A DNA stretch of 63,977 nucleotides, the filler included, from Bigelowiella natans CCMP2755 (taxonomy: Eukaryota > Protista > Cercozoa), in NCBI GenBank assembly GCA_000320545.1. It is 8 parts of 8 records of this genome, joined end to end, with 100 filler letters (N's around TTAATTAATTAA, not from the genome) between each part and the next. Parts side by side here need not be neighbours in the genome. Positions count along the whole stretch, not along the records: positions 1 to 30,056 come from ADNK01003209.1; 7 more parts are not named here. One strand, given 5' to 3'. The notes beneath the pieces are model-generated. The model saw only the letters and a program-made list of their open reading frames with translations, ran no database searches and had not been told where the DNA came from. Shown one piece after another: positions 1 to 10,070 of the stretch (position 1 is its first letter; each line of letters opens with the position of its first letter). The position numbers were made by a program, and so were the translations under genes.

Positions 1-149
1 TCCCACACAGTAGGGTCTACTTTAACATCCTCTAGGAGCTCTCACCGATATCATAATTCTATAGGTGACTGATGTTGCGCAAAGGTGACCCTGTTCCCAT
101 CATAGATGTAGTACCGCTTCCTCCCCTTCCTCTAGGTAACCTGCGCGAC

Positions 150-237
150 CAAGCGCGTCGTGTGGTGCAAGCAAAGTGCTGCACTTTTCACAACCCCGTC
201 GTCACCGGGTTTGACGGAGCTGTGTGGATCGCAGCAC
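150..237. repeat. Hairpin-forming dispersed repeat, copy 1
   Basis: The 31-nt core CCCCGTCGTCACCGGGTTTGACGGAGCTGTG (194-224) is identical to 5017-5047. Upstream AAGCGCGTCG..GCAAAG(T/C)GCTGCACT is also shared. Stems are CCGTC/GACGG and outer GTGCTGC (176-182)/GCAGCAC (231-237). Confidence 0.85.
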
Positions 238-520
238 CGATCGAAATTGTCAGAATTTTCGGCCTTTTTTGACTCACCTAGAACACTTGCTCAACTCGCC
301 TACTTGTGTCTTGTGTCTGTGTGCGAAGCGGGCATCGAGGTTCTGAAATGAAGCTGCGCATGCGCTTGCAAGCACGCACGTGCCGTGGCATCCACATTGT
401 CAGCGGTGTGGCCGCGCCACCCACGATTGAGGAGCTGTCGCAACTAGCATGCGCACGCCCGTTGATGCTGCATGCTGCGCTGTGCGCATCACTGCGTGCT
501 GCGCTGTGCACCTGCGCATG

Positions 521-725
521 GAAGTTCTCAGAACTTCGAGAACCTTCCAGAGAATTCGAGAACATTCCGGAAGCTACGAGAATCTTCCACAATGTTCGAG
601 AATTCTCCAGAAGTTTCGAGAATTCTCCGGAAGCTTCGAGAGCGTTCCGGAAGCTTCGGGAATCTTCCAGAACACTCGAGAGAATTCGAGAGAATTCTTG
701 TGTTCTGGAAGATTCGAGAATCTTC
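521..725. promoter_or_regulatory. Array of heat-shock-element-like inverted nGAAn pentamers
   Basis: TTC and GAA alternate at exact 5-bp spacing from 535 to 697: 33 positions, 24 perfect and 9 single-mismatch by manual count. Five more perfect units follow at 703-725. Spacer dinucleotides vary. HSF binding is inferred from the consensus only. Confidence 0.7.
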
Positions 726-2331
726 ACGAATGCGCCGCGAATGCGCCGGAACCCAACGTGCATGCACATGCATGCAGCGCAAGTTCTCAGGTCATCAGAA
801 TTCAAACGCACACAGGAGCGCGTGTTGACTTGGTGACATCAACAACACAGTCCCGCGCACAAAAGCTAAGCAGCTACCGCAAGCCCGCCAAAACACATGC
901 ATGTCTAGGTGCAGCCACAAGTGCACACACGGCTACCACAGCCAGGCCCGGGCGTGATCTGCACGTGACCCCGGATTTTCGTTGCAAAGTCCACTTTGCG
1001 CGCGCGTGCATTTCGATTTTTTCACACGCACACATTGTGTCTGAGTGCGATGTCGGTTGCACGTGTGACGTGGGACGTGGGACCTTCACGTTGCACGCGT
1101 TCCACAGTTCAGCACTGAACGAATTGCGCTTCAAATTTTTGTGACGCCTCTAGCTCGGTTTTGTCAATTTTTGTTTCCATGTTTGTTCAACATTGGCACG
1201 AATTTCGTTCGTCCTTTCAATGTTCGTCAAAACCTCAAAAAAGCATGTTCATGACAGACATGCAACGTGTTGCATGCATTGCACATGCACCATGTTGCTG
1301 TGTCGCTTACGTTTTGACCACACTTTGTCGAAAGTGTGGATTTTTGCAGCCCGCAACCCACTACAATAGACAAAGTACATGTCACATGTATATCACATAT
1401 ATTACATGTACGTGTGTCTATAGTCACTTGTCATGTGTTTGTGGTCACGTGCACGCGCTGCATGTGCTGCGCTTGCCAACAATGTAGTCCAGTCGTTGTG
1501 CGGCCACGCACGATCAAAAATCAAAAAGTGAACCTGAAAACACCACGCTTGAGCACATGACCATCCTGATGGACACTGGGACAGCCGGGAGCACCAGGCA
1601 TGACGAAAATGAGAAAGTTGCGAAATTTTGAGGTTGGTGACTTCGAAATTTTGCGCTCTTTTTCAGGCCTCGATCGCAAATTTTGCTAGTAGATCACTTG
1701 TCACAAATTGAGCTCCGCCAGCCCATTTCGATCAAAATTGAGTTTTTTTCTCGAATCAAGCCAAAATCACAGACACGTAACATCATGTGTGCATTACATG
1801 TGCTATTACTATGTCTATTATGAGTATGCGTGTTCTTTTTTGCACACAAATCATGTGCAGTGCCGCTGCGTTGATTCGCAGTTCTTGCAGGAAACATGCG
1901 AAACCGTGAAATTCCCGGGTTATTTCGCCTAGTTGTGAATGCTACGTGCCTGCAAACGCATGCAGCTCATTCATCGCATTGTTGTTGCTGTACGCCCGCC
2001 TCCTTCAGTTAGATCTAGACCCTTCTCATGTGGGTGCTGCATGAACACAAACGCATGCGGCTTCACCTCTTTGCTGCCATCCTCTCTTAATCAGATCTAT
2101 GGCAAGGTCAATCATTCTGCTACATTCGGTAACTTTAAAGATATTGGATTCTTACGGTAGCGTGGTGCTACTCATTTACATTCCATGTCAATTCATTGTG
2201 TTAATAATTTCTAGGTTAAGGGTCGGCTGATGCTGTGCTTTACCTCACACAGCCTAATGTGACGACAAAGAGATTCCAAGATCTCGAAGACTCTTCTACT
2301 AAGCTAATAGGAAGTCCTAGCCATATAATCT

Positions 2332-2945
2332 TTACTTACACTGGTTCACTTGGATGTAGCAACCAAGAATGTGTTCACTAACTCCAAAGTGGTTGTCCTT
2401 GAGGTGCCTCTTGTTGATGTACAAGTCCCCGAACAAAACGGTCTGAGTATCACGCATACAACACATACGCAAACAAATTAGTCCTAATTTTTAATTATTG
2501 CGGATATCATAGTTAGCCTTTGGAATTGTTTACTGTGCGGTATTACCCCTACGATGGTCGTGTACTCGTAGCACACAGCTCGCTGCGCCTCTCCGACTTC
2601 GTCATCATATGCTACGTTGAAGGCGATGCAAGCTCCGTTGCTTTCACAGTAACTCTTGCATTCGTTGAACATTTCCCCAGCATTGCGGCTTCTCAGGGAT
2701 AGCTTAGCTTCAGCGCCTCCAATTTCATCACCAAGGCAGACATCTCCGATTCTGTTAAAGCTAGCAGCACCGACAAGGGTCGGGGGTGTTGTTGGAAATG
2801 CTGTTGGGTACACGGAAGAAGCAATTCCGTTTTGATATGATTTGTGGAACTCGACTTCCTCGATGAGGGAAGAGTTAGCCGCTTGCTGCTCATACGAGGC
2901 AGATGCTTGCGCGAAGAGGGCGGTCACGAGAGTGATCAAGAACAT
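2332..2945 (-). CDS. Secreted Cys-rich protein: conserved leader plus PAN/apple-like domain (exons 2945-2547, 2442-2332)
   Basis: Signal peptide MFLITLVTALFAQASA and motif ECKSYCESNGACIAFNV...VCYEY. A phase-0 GT-AG intron sits at the same position as in paralog 3658-4214. Exon 2 reads TVLFGDLYINKRHLKDNHFGVSEHILGCYIQVNQCK*. Confidence 0.8.
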
Positions 2946-3657
2946 TTGGGGAACGATGTTGAGATCTGGGCGATCACAAGTCGTTATTTTGTACATAGAG
3001 CTGTTGGTCAAATAGAGGTTGTCGCTTTACGTTTTTACCCTATAAAACTCCAATTTTTTAATTAGAGCTATCTCTGTTTTCAAGTCCTACGAGAGAGGGT
3101 AAACTCCTATCCAGCGACAAGCGAATTAGGGCAACCAGGATGAAAATAGAGAGCATCTTGTGGTATTTGATGTTCTTAAACTGTGGACTTTGCCATGGAG
3201 CGCAGTGTGATCTCCTACTTATTATCTCTAGTATTTCTGTTTATTTTTTGCATTTCTTTGTAGTAAAATACCGTCAATACCGAAGCATAGTTAAGATATG
3301 TTACAATCTCCTTTAAAAGAGATCATCTTCAATTTCAGTTGTTATTCTGTCGTAAAAACGCACACATGCTTGTCGTTAAATACTAAAAAAAGACATGTTT
3401 TCTTGATAGAAATACAGAAAATCTGAAAGGGCACCCGATGATCAGCTGCAACCAGATTTAATCCTCATCTTTCTCTTGAATCTCGAAAAAATGTTTAAAA
3501 GGGTAGGACAATAATATAGTAAGACATCAATATATCAACATAGATTTAATAAAATAGCAATTAGTAAAAAGTGTGAAGTTTCACAAATGCTCTCTAAAAT
3601 CTGAAACAGTTATTTTTTACTTGTTCAATTACAACTCAAAACTCGGCCACCCTCAAG

Positions 3658-4214
3658 ATGATCTCCGTGGCCTTCCTCCTCATCTCTTCCCTGACCTTCA
3701 GCTCAATGGCACTGGAACACAAGCCCTCGCAAATGTTCCTGGAGGCTAATGCAACCAAGGCCGTTGCTGGTAGGTTTAACAGAATCGGAGATGTCTGCCT
3801 TGGAGATGAAATTGGAGGCGCTGAAGGTATGGCATCCCTGGGAAGTCTCAATGCCGTGGCAATGTTCAACGAATGCAAGAGAAACTGTGAAAGGAACGGA
3901 GGTTGCATTGCCTTCAACGTTGCATATGATGACGCCGTCGGAAAGGCGCAGCAAGCTGTGTGCTACGAGTACAAGACCATCGTAGGGGTGATGCCGCACA
4001 GAAAACAACCCTAAGGCTAACCATGAAGCCTAACCACGATATCCACAGTAATTATAAATCAAGGCTAATTATGTTTACGTATGTGTTGTTGTGTAATACT
4101 CAGAGCGAATTGTACGGAGATTTGTACATCAACAAGAGGCACCTTAAGGATAACAAATTTGGACCTCATGAGCCCGTTCTTGGTTGCTACATTCAAGTGA
4201 ATCAAGGGTGCTAA
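3658..4214 (+). CDS. Secreted PAN/apple-like Cys-rich protein (exons 3658-3987, 4104-4214)
   Basis: Signal peptide MISVAFLLISSLTFSSMA. FNRIGDVCLGDEIGGAE...ECKRNCERNGGCIAFNVAYDD is near-identical to the inverted paralog. Exon 2 reads SELYGDLYINKRHLKDNKFGPHEPVLGCYIQVNQGC*. Confidence 0.8.
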
Positions 4215-4444
4215 AAATGATGTGGCTAGGACTTATTATTAGCTTAGCAGAAGAGTCTTCGAGAACTTGGAATCTCTTTTTCGTCATATTATGCTGTGCG
4301 AAAGAAAGCACAGCAGTGTCGGCCCTTAACCTAGAAATTATTAATACAATGAATTGACATGGAATGTAAATGAGTAGCGCCACGCTACCATAAGAATCCA
4401 TTACCTTTGAATTAGAAAGTGGACATTGATGAAAAAATATCATT

Positions 4445-6000
4445 GCACAATCGCTACATCGCTACTTGCATGTTCGGGAATGTGCAACATCAAGGGACAC
4501 CAACTTTCCAGCATTGCTAGTGACCGCATCTGTGGGCGTCGCCGCTGATCGTATCAGCGTCAAAAACACGACGCTAGTGCACCATGTTAGCATGGTACGC
4601 CCCAGTGCATTTCTCACACAGCTCCGTCAAACCTGTAACGAATCGCCAGAAAGCAACATGCATTTGGAAGCTTTTGCGCGCGACCAAGCCGCGTTGTGTG
4701 ATGTGATAGACAGTGGATTTGCTCGCATTTCTTTGAATTTTTTCGTGCACATCACGTTTGGTCAAACACACGCGCAAAAGCATTCAAAATGTGGCAGAGA
4801 ACATGCAAACGCGCAGCGTGCATCCTCCACACAACGGGTGTGAATTTTCACACTTTGCGCGCTCACGCACTGAGGCCTTGAAAATGGACATTTGGGTCAA
4901 TGTTTCGGTCATTTTTTGAGGTTTGGCCATCGGACAAGTTCTGATGACTTTTCTTTGACCAACTGCAACTGCCTGCTGCTTCAAAGCGCGTCGCAAAGCG
5001 CTGCACTGCTCACAGCCCCCGTCGTCACCGGGTTTGACGGAGCTGTGCAGTGCGCCCTTTGTTGTGCATGGGTTCAATGGGTGGCCAGCGCTAGCATGTC
5101 GTCAGTGCGCGATCGACAGCGTGCACGCAGTCGTGTGATCGATCTAGCGATGTGGCATGCACGATGCGCGCAGCTGCTAGGCAGCCATCTAGTGCATGAT
5201 GAGTCAAGCTCGTTGCATCGTCGCATCGCAACAAAGCGACTACCAGTTGCATGAAACACACGACAACAATGCGCATGGACATGCAACATCGTGTGCATGC
5301 ATGATGACGGCTTGCATTGTTGCCCAAACCGTGCAACTAGAATGCAAATCCAGCGCCACGACGTTGCCATGAGAATCCATTCGTGTCATCTGCTTGCGAC
5401 TTTTAAGTTCTGCTGAGACGTGTCTGAATTGCTGCAATTGCGACTTGAGTGAAAAGCTGTCAGCTTTTGCTGCACTTTTGTCATGTCGCCATGTGCGAAC
5501 TTTCTGAGAAACTTCAGCACGGTGAGCTATGACATGGAGCTTTTCACTGTGCCATGTCGTCCCACGTAGAGCGTCGTGCTGGCACGTCCGACACGCGTGC
5601 TCGCACGCGCAGCTGTGTTCATTGGCACGCCCTGTGTGTCTCATCACACTTGAGCGGAAAGCTGCATCGTGGCGCCATGCATCGCAGCGCCACACAAACC
5701 GAACCAAACACTGAAAATTTGGCACGTACACGTTGCAATTAAACGCAACCAAACCAAACGTGCACACACAAGACTCACACACTACGGTTCATCATCGCGC
5801 TACTAGAATCGCTGATGATGCAAGACTCTGCAGACACCACGCCAGTCATTGCCAGTGTGCATGGTGAGTAAGCTTGCTCATGACATTGACTAACAACTGA
5901 TTTTTGTCATTGGCCGGCCAGCAGTGCGTCACATTGAACACGCCTGCCTTCACAATGCGCACGCGATGCAATCACGCGCGCACGCATACGCACATATAAA
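4445..6000. other. TGCA/CATG-rich convergent intergenic tract T2
   Basis: Lies between the 3' ends of the + gene (4214) and the - gene (6367). Same composition as T1 and shares the hairpin repeat. Confidence 0.55.
4983..5061. repeat. Hairpin-forming dispersed repeat, copy 2
   Basis: Long imperfect stem CAAAG..GCACTG..CACAGC..CCGTC / GACGG..GCTGTG CAGTGC..CTTTG (4994-5061). The core is identical to 194-224. Confidence 0.85.
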
Positions 6001-6366
6001 GATGCCTTGTCTCAGATTACAATTGGACGAATTTAATTTATTTACTCGAATTTAATTATTCATTCATTATACCCGTCTCATGGTTCTCATGTAAGTTAGA
6101 TAGCAGGCACAGAGTCATTAAAGTCGACTGATGTCTGAATAACAATAAAACATTAACTAATAAAAAATAGTGAGACTATTTCTCGACTAATTTATTTGGG
6201 GCTAATTTTGATCATCGCTCCAGCCTCTGAAGATCGTGGTGAGCAACTTTCGTCGGTGCTCGAAGACAATCTGCTGAAGTTACGGTAGATTGTTGGAGAT
6301 CTAAACTTCCATCCGAATCCTCCATGTACACCTCCTAATTGAGTTACATTCCCTATATCTACATCA

Positions 6367-7089
6367 CTAGTCAAAACAGCACTTCTGATCACTTCGTTGG
6401 AAGGCAAGTGGATCGTTAGCAGGATCAACGTTGCACGAGTATCCTTCCCACATCTTAGCAAAACAGCGATTGTTGTTTGGGTAGCGAAATGGTATGCTTG
6501 CTGGACAACCATTTTCAAGCTTCTGGCCACCTCCGAGTGCAGGAAAGCACGAGCAACATTTTTTGTCATTTCGTTGGAAGGAAAGTGGATCATTAGCTGG
6601 GTCCACATTGCACATGCTGCCTCCCCATACCTTCTCGAAGCAACGGTTGTTACCCGGGTAACGATTTGGTGTGGCCTCAGGACAACCATTGTCCAACTTT
6701 TTACAGTATTGAGTTGGAGCAGGAGCGGCCGTGCAACATTTTTTGTCATTTCGTTGGTAGGCAAGTGGATCATTAGCTGGGTCCACATTGCACATGTTGC
6801 CTCCCCATACCTTCTCGAAGCAACGGTTATTAGCCGGATAACGATTTGGCATGGTCTCAGGACAACCATTGTCTAGCGTTTTACAGTATTGAGATTCAGT
6901 AGGATTAGGAGTAGGCATTGGCGTCGGAGGCGGTGTTGGAAATGCTGTTGGGTACGTGGAAGATGCGATTCCGTTTTGAAACGCTTTGTGGAACTCGACT
7001 TCCTCGATGAGGGAAGAGTTAGCCTCTTGCTGCTCAGTCAAGGCAGACACTTGCGCGAAGAGAGCGGTCACGAGAGCAATCGAAAGCAT
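6367..7089 (-). CDS. Secreted protein: conserved leader plus three tandem 60-aa six-Cys repeats
   Basis: Signal MLSIALVTALFAQVSA, leader shared with 2332-2945, then a Pro/Thr linker. Repeats follow C-x6-C-x13-C-x9-C-x17-CC at a 180-bp period. Single exon. Confidence 0.8.
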   Translation of the reverse strand: MLSIALVTALFAQVSALTEQQEANSSLIEEVEFHKAFQNGIASSTYPTAFPTPPPTPMPTPNPTESQYCKTLDNGCPETMPNRYPANNRCFEKVWGGNMCNVDPANDPLAYQRNDKKCCTAAPAPTQYCKKLDNGCPEATPNRYPGNNRCFEKVWGGSMCNVDPANDPLSFQRNDKKCCSCFPALGGGQKLENGCPASIPFRYPNNNRCFAKMWEGYSCNVDPANDPLAFQRSDQKCCFD

Positions 7090-7785
7090 TGGATCAAGGG
7101 TAGGGAGAGAACGTGGAATATGATCTACTGCGTCTCTGATCAGAGGAACTCTCTGAGGGAATGCTTTGGTGTTTCCTATTTTAGAGATGCAAATAGATGT
7201 TGTAAACAATGCTGCGACATGCTCATACTGCTTATTCTACCTCAGAACATCGACCATTTTCATAAAAAATAAATCATTCAATTTTGCGCTCCATATTTCA
7301 TTGTAAAATGTCCCGTCGTCATCGACAAATTGGGATCGGCGACATGACGAACTGTTAAAAATCGACAAGGAAACACATGGATTTGGGGTGCTGCATTCAC
7401 CGCATGCACGAATTATCTCTGAAGACATTAGATCTACATGTACTCATGTTCGCCCTCAATTTCTTTTCAAATGATCAGTTTTCTAGGATAATTGCCGGTA
7501 GATCTAGGCCAACTTTGGCGAGACTTTGGAAGCGTCAATGACGTAAGAAGGTCCCATTTCATGCAAGCGACTCAGTTGGACATGATCAAAATCCCTGTCG
7601 CAGGTTTCGTTTTACAGAAATCCCCACGAATGCTCGCAGAAAATGCGTTTTTCCAGTAGAGACAAGGGATTATCCTCGACGTAGATTTGAAATTGCGGGT
7701 GTTTTTCTTTTTATTTCTGAAAGTGCTTCGGAACTCGTTCCACAGCCAGGGCGTTGCACTCCCCACACTAGTAGTATTGAAGGAT

Positions 7786-9247
7786 ATGAGGCCATCTTTC
7801 TACTTCAGTGCTGCATCATTACTGGCATTGGCTAGTATATACTTTGCAGGAACCAGTAATAGAATTCAGACATGACAGATCTTAGAGTAAATTGGCATTC
7901 TAACTCCCCACCCCTTTTCGATGTCCTAATCAGAGGCTGGGTGGACTGTGGAGGCGGTGGCTGAGAGTAATGCACCTGCAAAGGTATTCTTTAACCTTTT
8001 ATAGTCACAGAATATCCACCATAAACCTAATAGCCCCGATTTAAAAAGTAATAGGGTCAAAATGCTCTCTTCATATTTATTTCGCTTGACCACCAACAAT
8101 CAATCAATCTCAGGTGGTTTGGGATCTTATCTTCAACATGAACCATTGGCAAGATTGGAACAAGGTGGATTTAAGACCATTTTAGTTTAGTTTCGTCCCT
8201 TCCACCAGTGCTGGAAATCTTGAGATATGTGTATATATGTCGCAAGATCATAATCTCCATTATCTCCATCAAATTACGACACTTGCTATACCTATTGAAG
8301 GTGTTTTCTATCACGATTGATGGCAATCCTTTGCCTGGGAAATCTTTCACAATTTTGGCCAAATGGGAAGATGGTGACCTCACACGCAAATACCAAAGTT
8401 TATTTGTTTTTTGTTTTGGGGATTAAGACACAGCGACGATTTGCATTGATTGCAATCGTAAACGAATCGTAGGGACTACGGATCTGGCAGAGGAGAGAAT
8501 AGTGACTGTTGACGCCTCAAACATGCGAATATGTTGGAACTATGAGGGAGTAAGTCAGATCAACTTTGAGAATCTTAAAATCTCTCTCCCATTCGTTGTA
8601 ATCCTCCCCCCCACCCCCTCCGGGTTCTAACAGATCCCAGACTGGATGCTGTCCACCGACCGATGCATACTCATCGAGGAGAGTGCTGACGATAAGGGCA
8701 TGCTGTTAAGAATTCGGAACTATGAGAACTTCGGCGGTCCACTGGCCTTCATCGTTAAGTGGTAAACTATCTGTAAAACTGCATGCTGCTGCTACGAGAA
8801 TAGGAGTGCTAGCCGTAAGGAAGCGCACTTGAGATATGGTACAGAGATCCCTTTGGTGCTTAGATCTTTCGCAAAATTATTTCGAAAGATTTCACTTCTC
8901 TTCCTATCACTGGAATTGAATCTAGGTGACCGCATCGAACGCATATGAGTATTTTCTTTTGCATGCCTAATGAAAGAAATTTTCCGCGTTATGATTTCGG
9001 CGTAATGCGGAAAATATACGGTCACATCTCTTTTCCAAGTGCAGATACTTTGTTCGTGTACACTATGGATGGATGCATGACTGCAGCACTTAAACTACTG
9101 GATTGTTGTGGTATATCGCATGCACAATGGGGCTCCGCAATAAGGCTGAAGGGAGATTTGATCAAGGCTGGATTTGAGGCGCTTAATGTTGCCTTGATTG
9201 CCGAGGCAAGGCGAGTAATGATGAAGAATCAAGGAACAAGGGAATAG
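7786..9247 (+). CDS. SRPBCC (START/Bet v1/polyketide cyclase-like) domain protein, about 7 exons
   Basis: Spliced: MRPSFYFSAASLLALASIYFAG|..VEAVAESNAPAK|VVWDLIFNMNHWQDWNK|VFSITIDGNPLPGKSFTILAKWED|..ICWNYEG|IPDWMLSTDRCILIEE..YENFGGPLAFIVKW|LKGDLIKAGFEALNVALIAEARR. This has the AP..VW..W..WN and E-F-G-L...GF..N.AL signatures. Confidence 0.75.
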
Positions 9248-9269
9248 TCCTAACAACCTTAGACACGCT

Positions 9270-9990
9270 GTGCGAAAATTCACATCCCAGTCTCTAGCTA
9301 GAACGCCGCCCTTATAACGCAGCAATCAGAGCAGTTAATCTAGCAGTATGTTGTGTCGATCCACTTCCACATGTTCACAAGCGGTGCAACCAGCAGAAGA
9401 ATCATCAGAAAGGCTAGACCAGTAAAGCAAGAAGAGCAAGAAAAAAGAAGAAGAAAAGGAAGAAGAAATGTTTCGCGTGAGGCAGAATTCAAACCGTGTA
9501 CGTCATCTAGTCATGAGTTAACAAAACAACACGCCAATGTTGCCAAATCATTCACTTCCTCTCGAGCGGAGGAAGAAACATCAAAACGTTGCCATTGGCC
9601 GTGATGGTTGGGTTCATGTTTTCACGTTGGCTTGCTCACATGTGATGCATGCACGTGCGGGCGGCGTGATCGCCATGCAGATGGTTAAGATGCATGGTCT
9701 CAACATCTACACGCTGCCACGCGCATCACGTCGAATGTCATTGATACCATGTGACTGACTACTCATGCGTGTATTCGATTCATGATCAGCAAATCTAGAA
9801 ATGCTGCATGACGGTCTAGCGGTAACTGCTAGCCTGGGACAGCGAGAGTACCAAAATGAAGAAAAGACATGTAGACTCCCAGCCAGCGAATCTAGGAATG
9901 CACAGTTCATCTGGATGTGCGTTGTTTTCATACTACATAAAACGCAAAGGAGTACTGCATGCATCATTGTTCGCTAATATGAGCGAGCAA
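9270..9990. other. TGCA/CATG/CTAG-rich convergent intergenic tract T3
   Basis: Lies between the SRPBCC stop (9247) and the TDP2-like stop (10071). Confidence 0.5.
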
Positions 9991-10070
9991 AACGTTGTTG
10001 ATTTTTTTTGGGGGAATTTATTGCTTAGCAATTGTGCATTTATACACCATTTAGTCATTTACAACATTAC

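Larger units (their letters stand above)
140..2070. other. TGCA/CATG/RY-rich intergenic tract T1, possibly a non-autonomous element
   Basis: Dense TGCA, CATG, GCGC and CACGTG words, with no microsatellites and no credible spliced gene. It contains the hairpin repeat and the nGAAn array, and lies 3' of the minus-strand gene ending at 2332. Confidence 0.55.

Noticed and set aside
521-725. CRISPR-like array
   Set aside because: The period is 10 bp with no unique spacers, there are no cas genes, and the context is eukaryotic.
278-1144. Five overlapping ORFs of 84-231 aa across the nGAAn array
   Set aside because: The 10-bp periodic repeat has few stop codons in any frame, and the translations only echo the DNA repeat.
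4870-4960. Possible hammerhead ribozyme (GAAA...CTGATGA); similar CTGATGA near 5812
   Set aside because: Stems I-III cannot be formed convincingly. The 5812 site has GACA instead of GAAA and no UH cleavage site.
6192-7272. Alternative-frame and antisense ORFs (225, 159, 127 aa)
   Set aside because: They are shadows of the 3x Cys-repeat gene, whose frame has the signal peptide and a paralogous leader.
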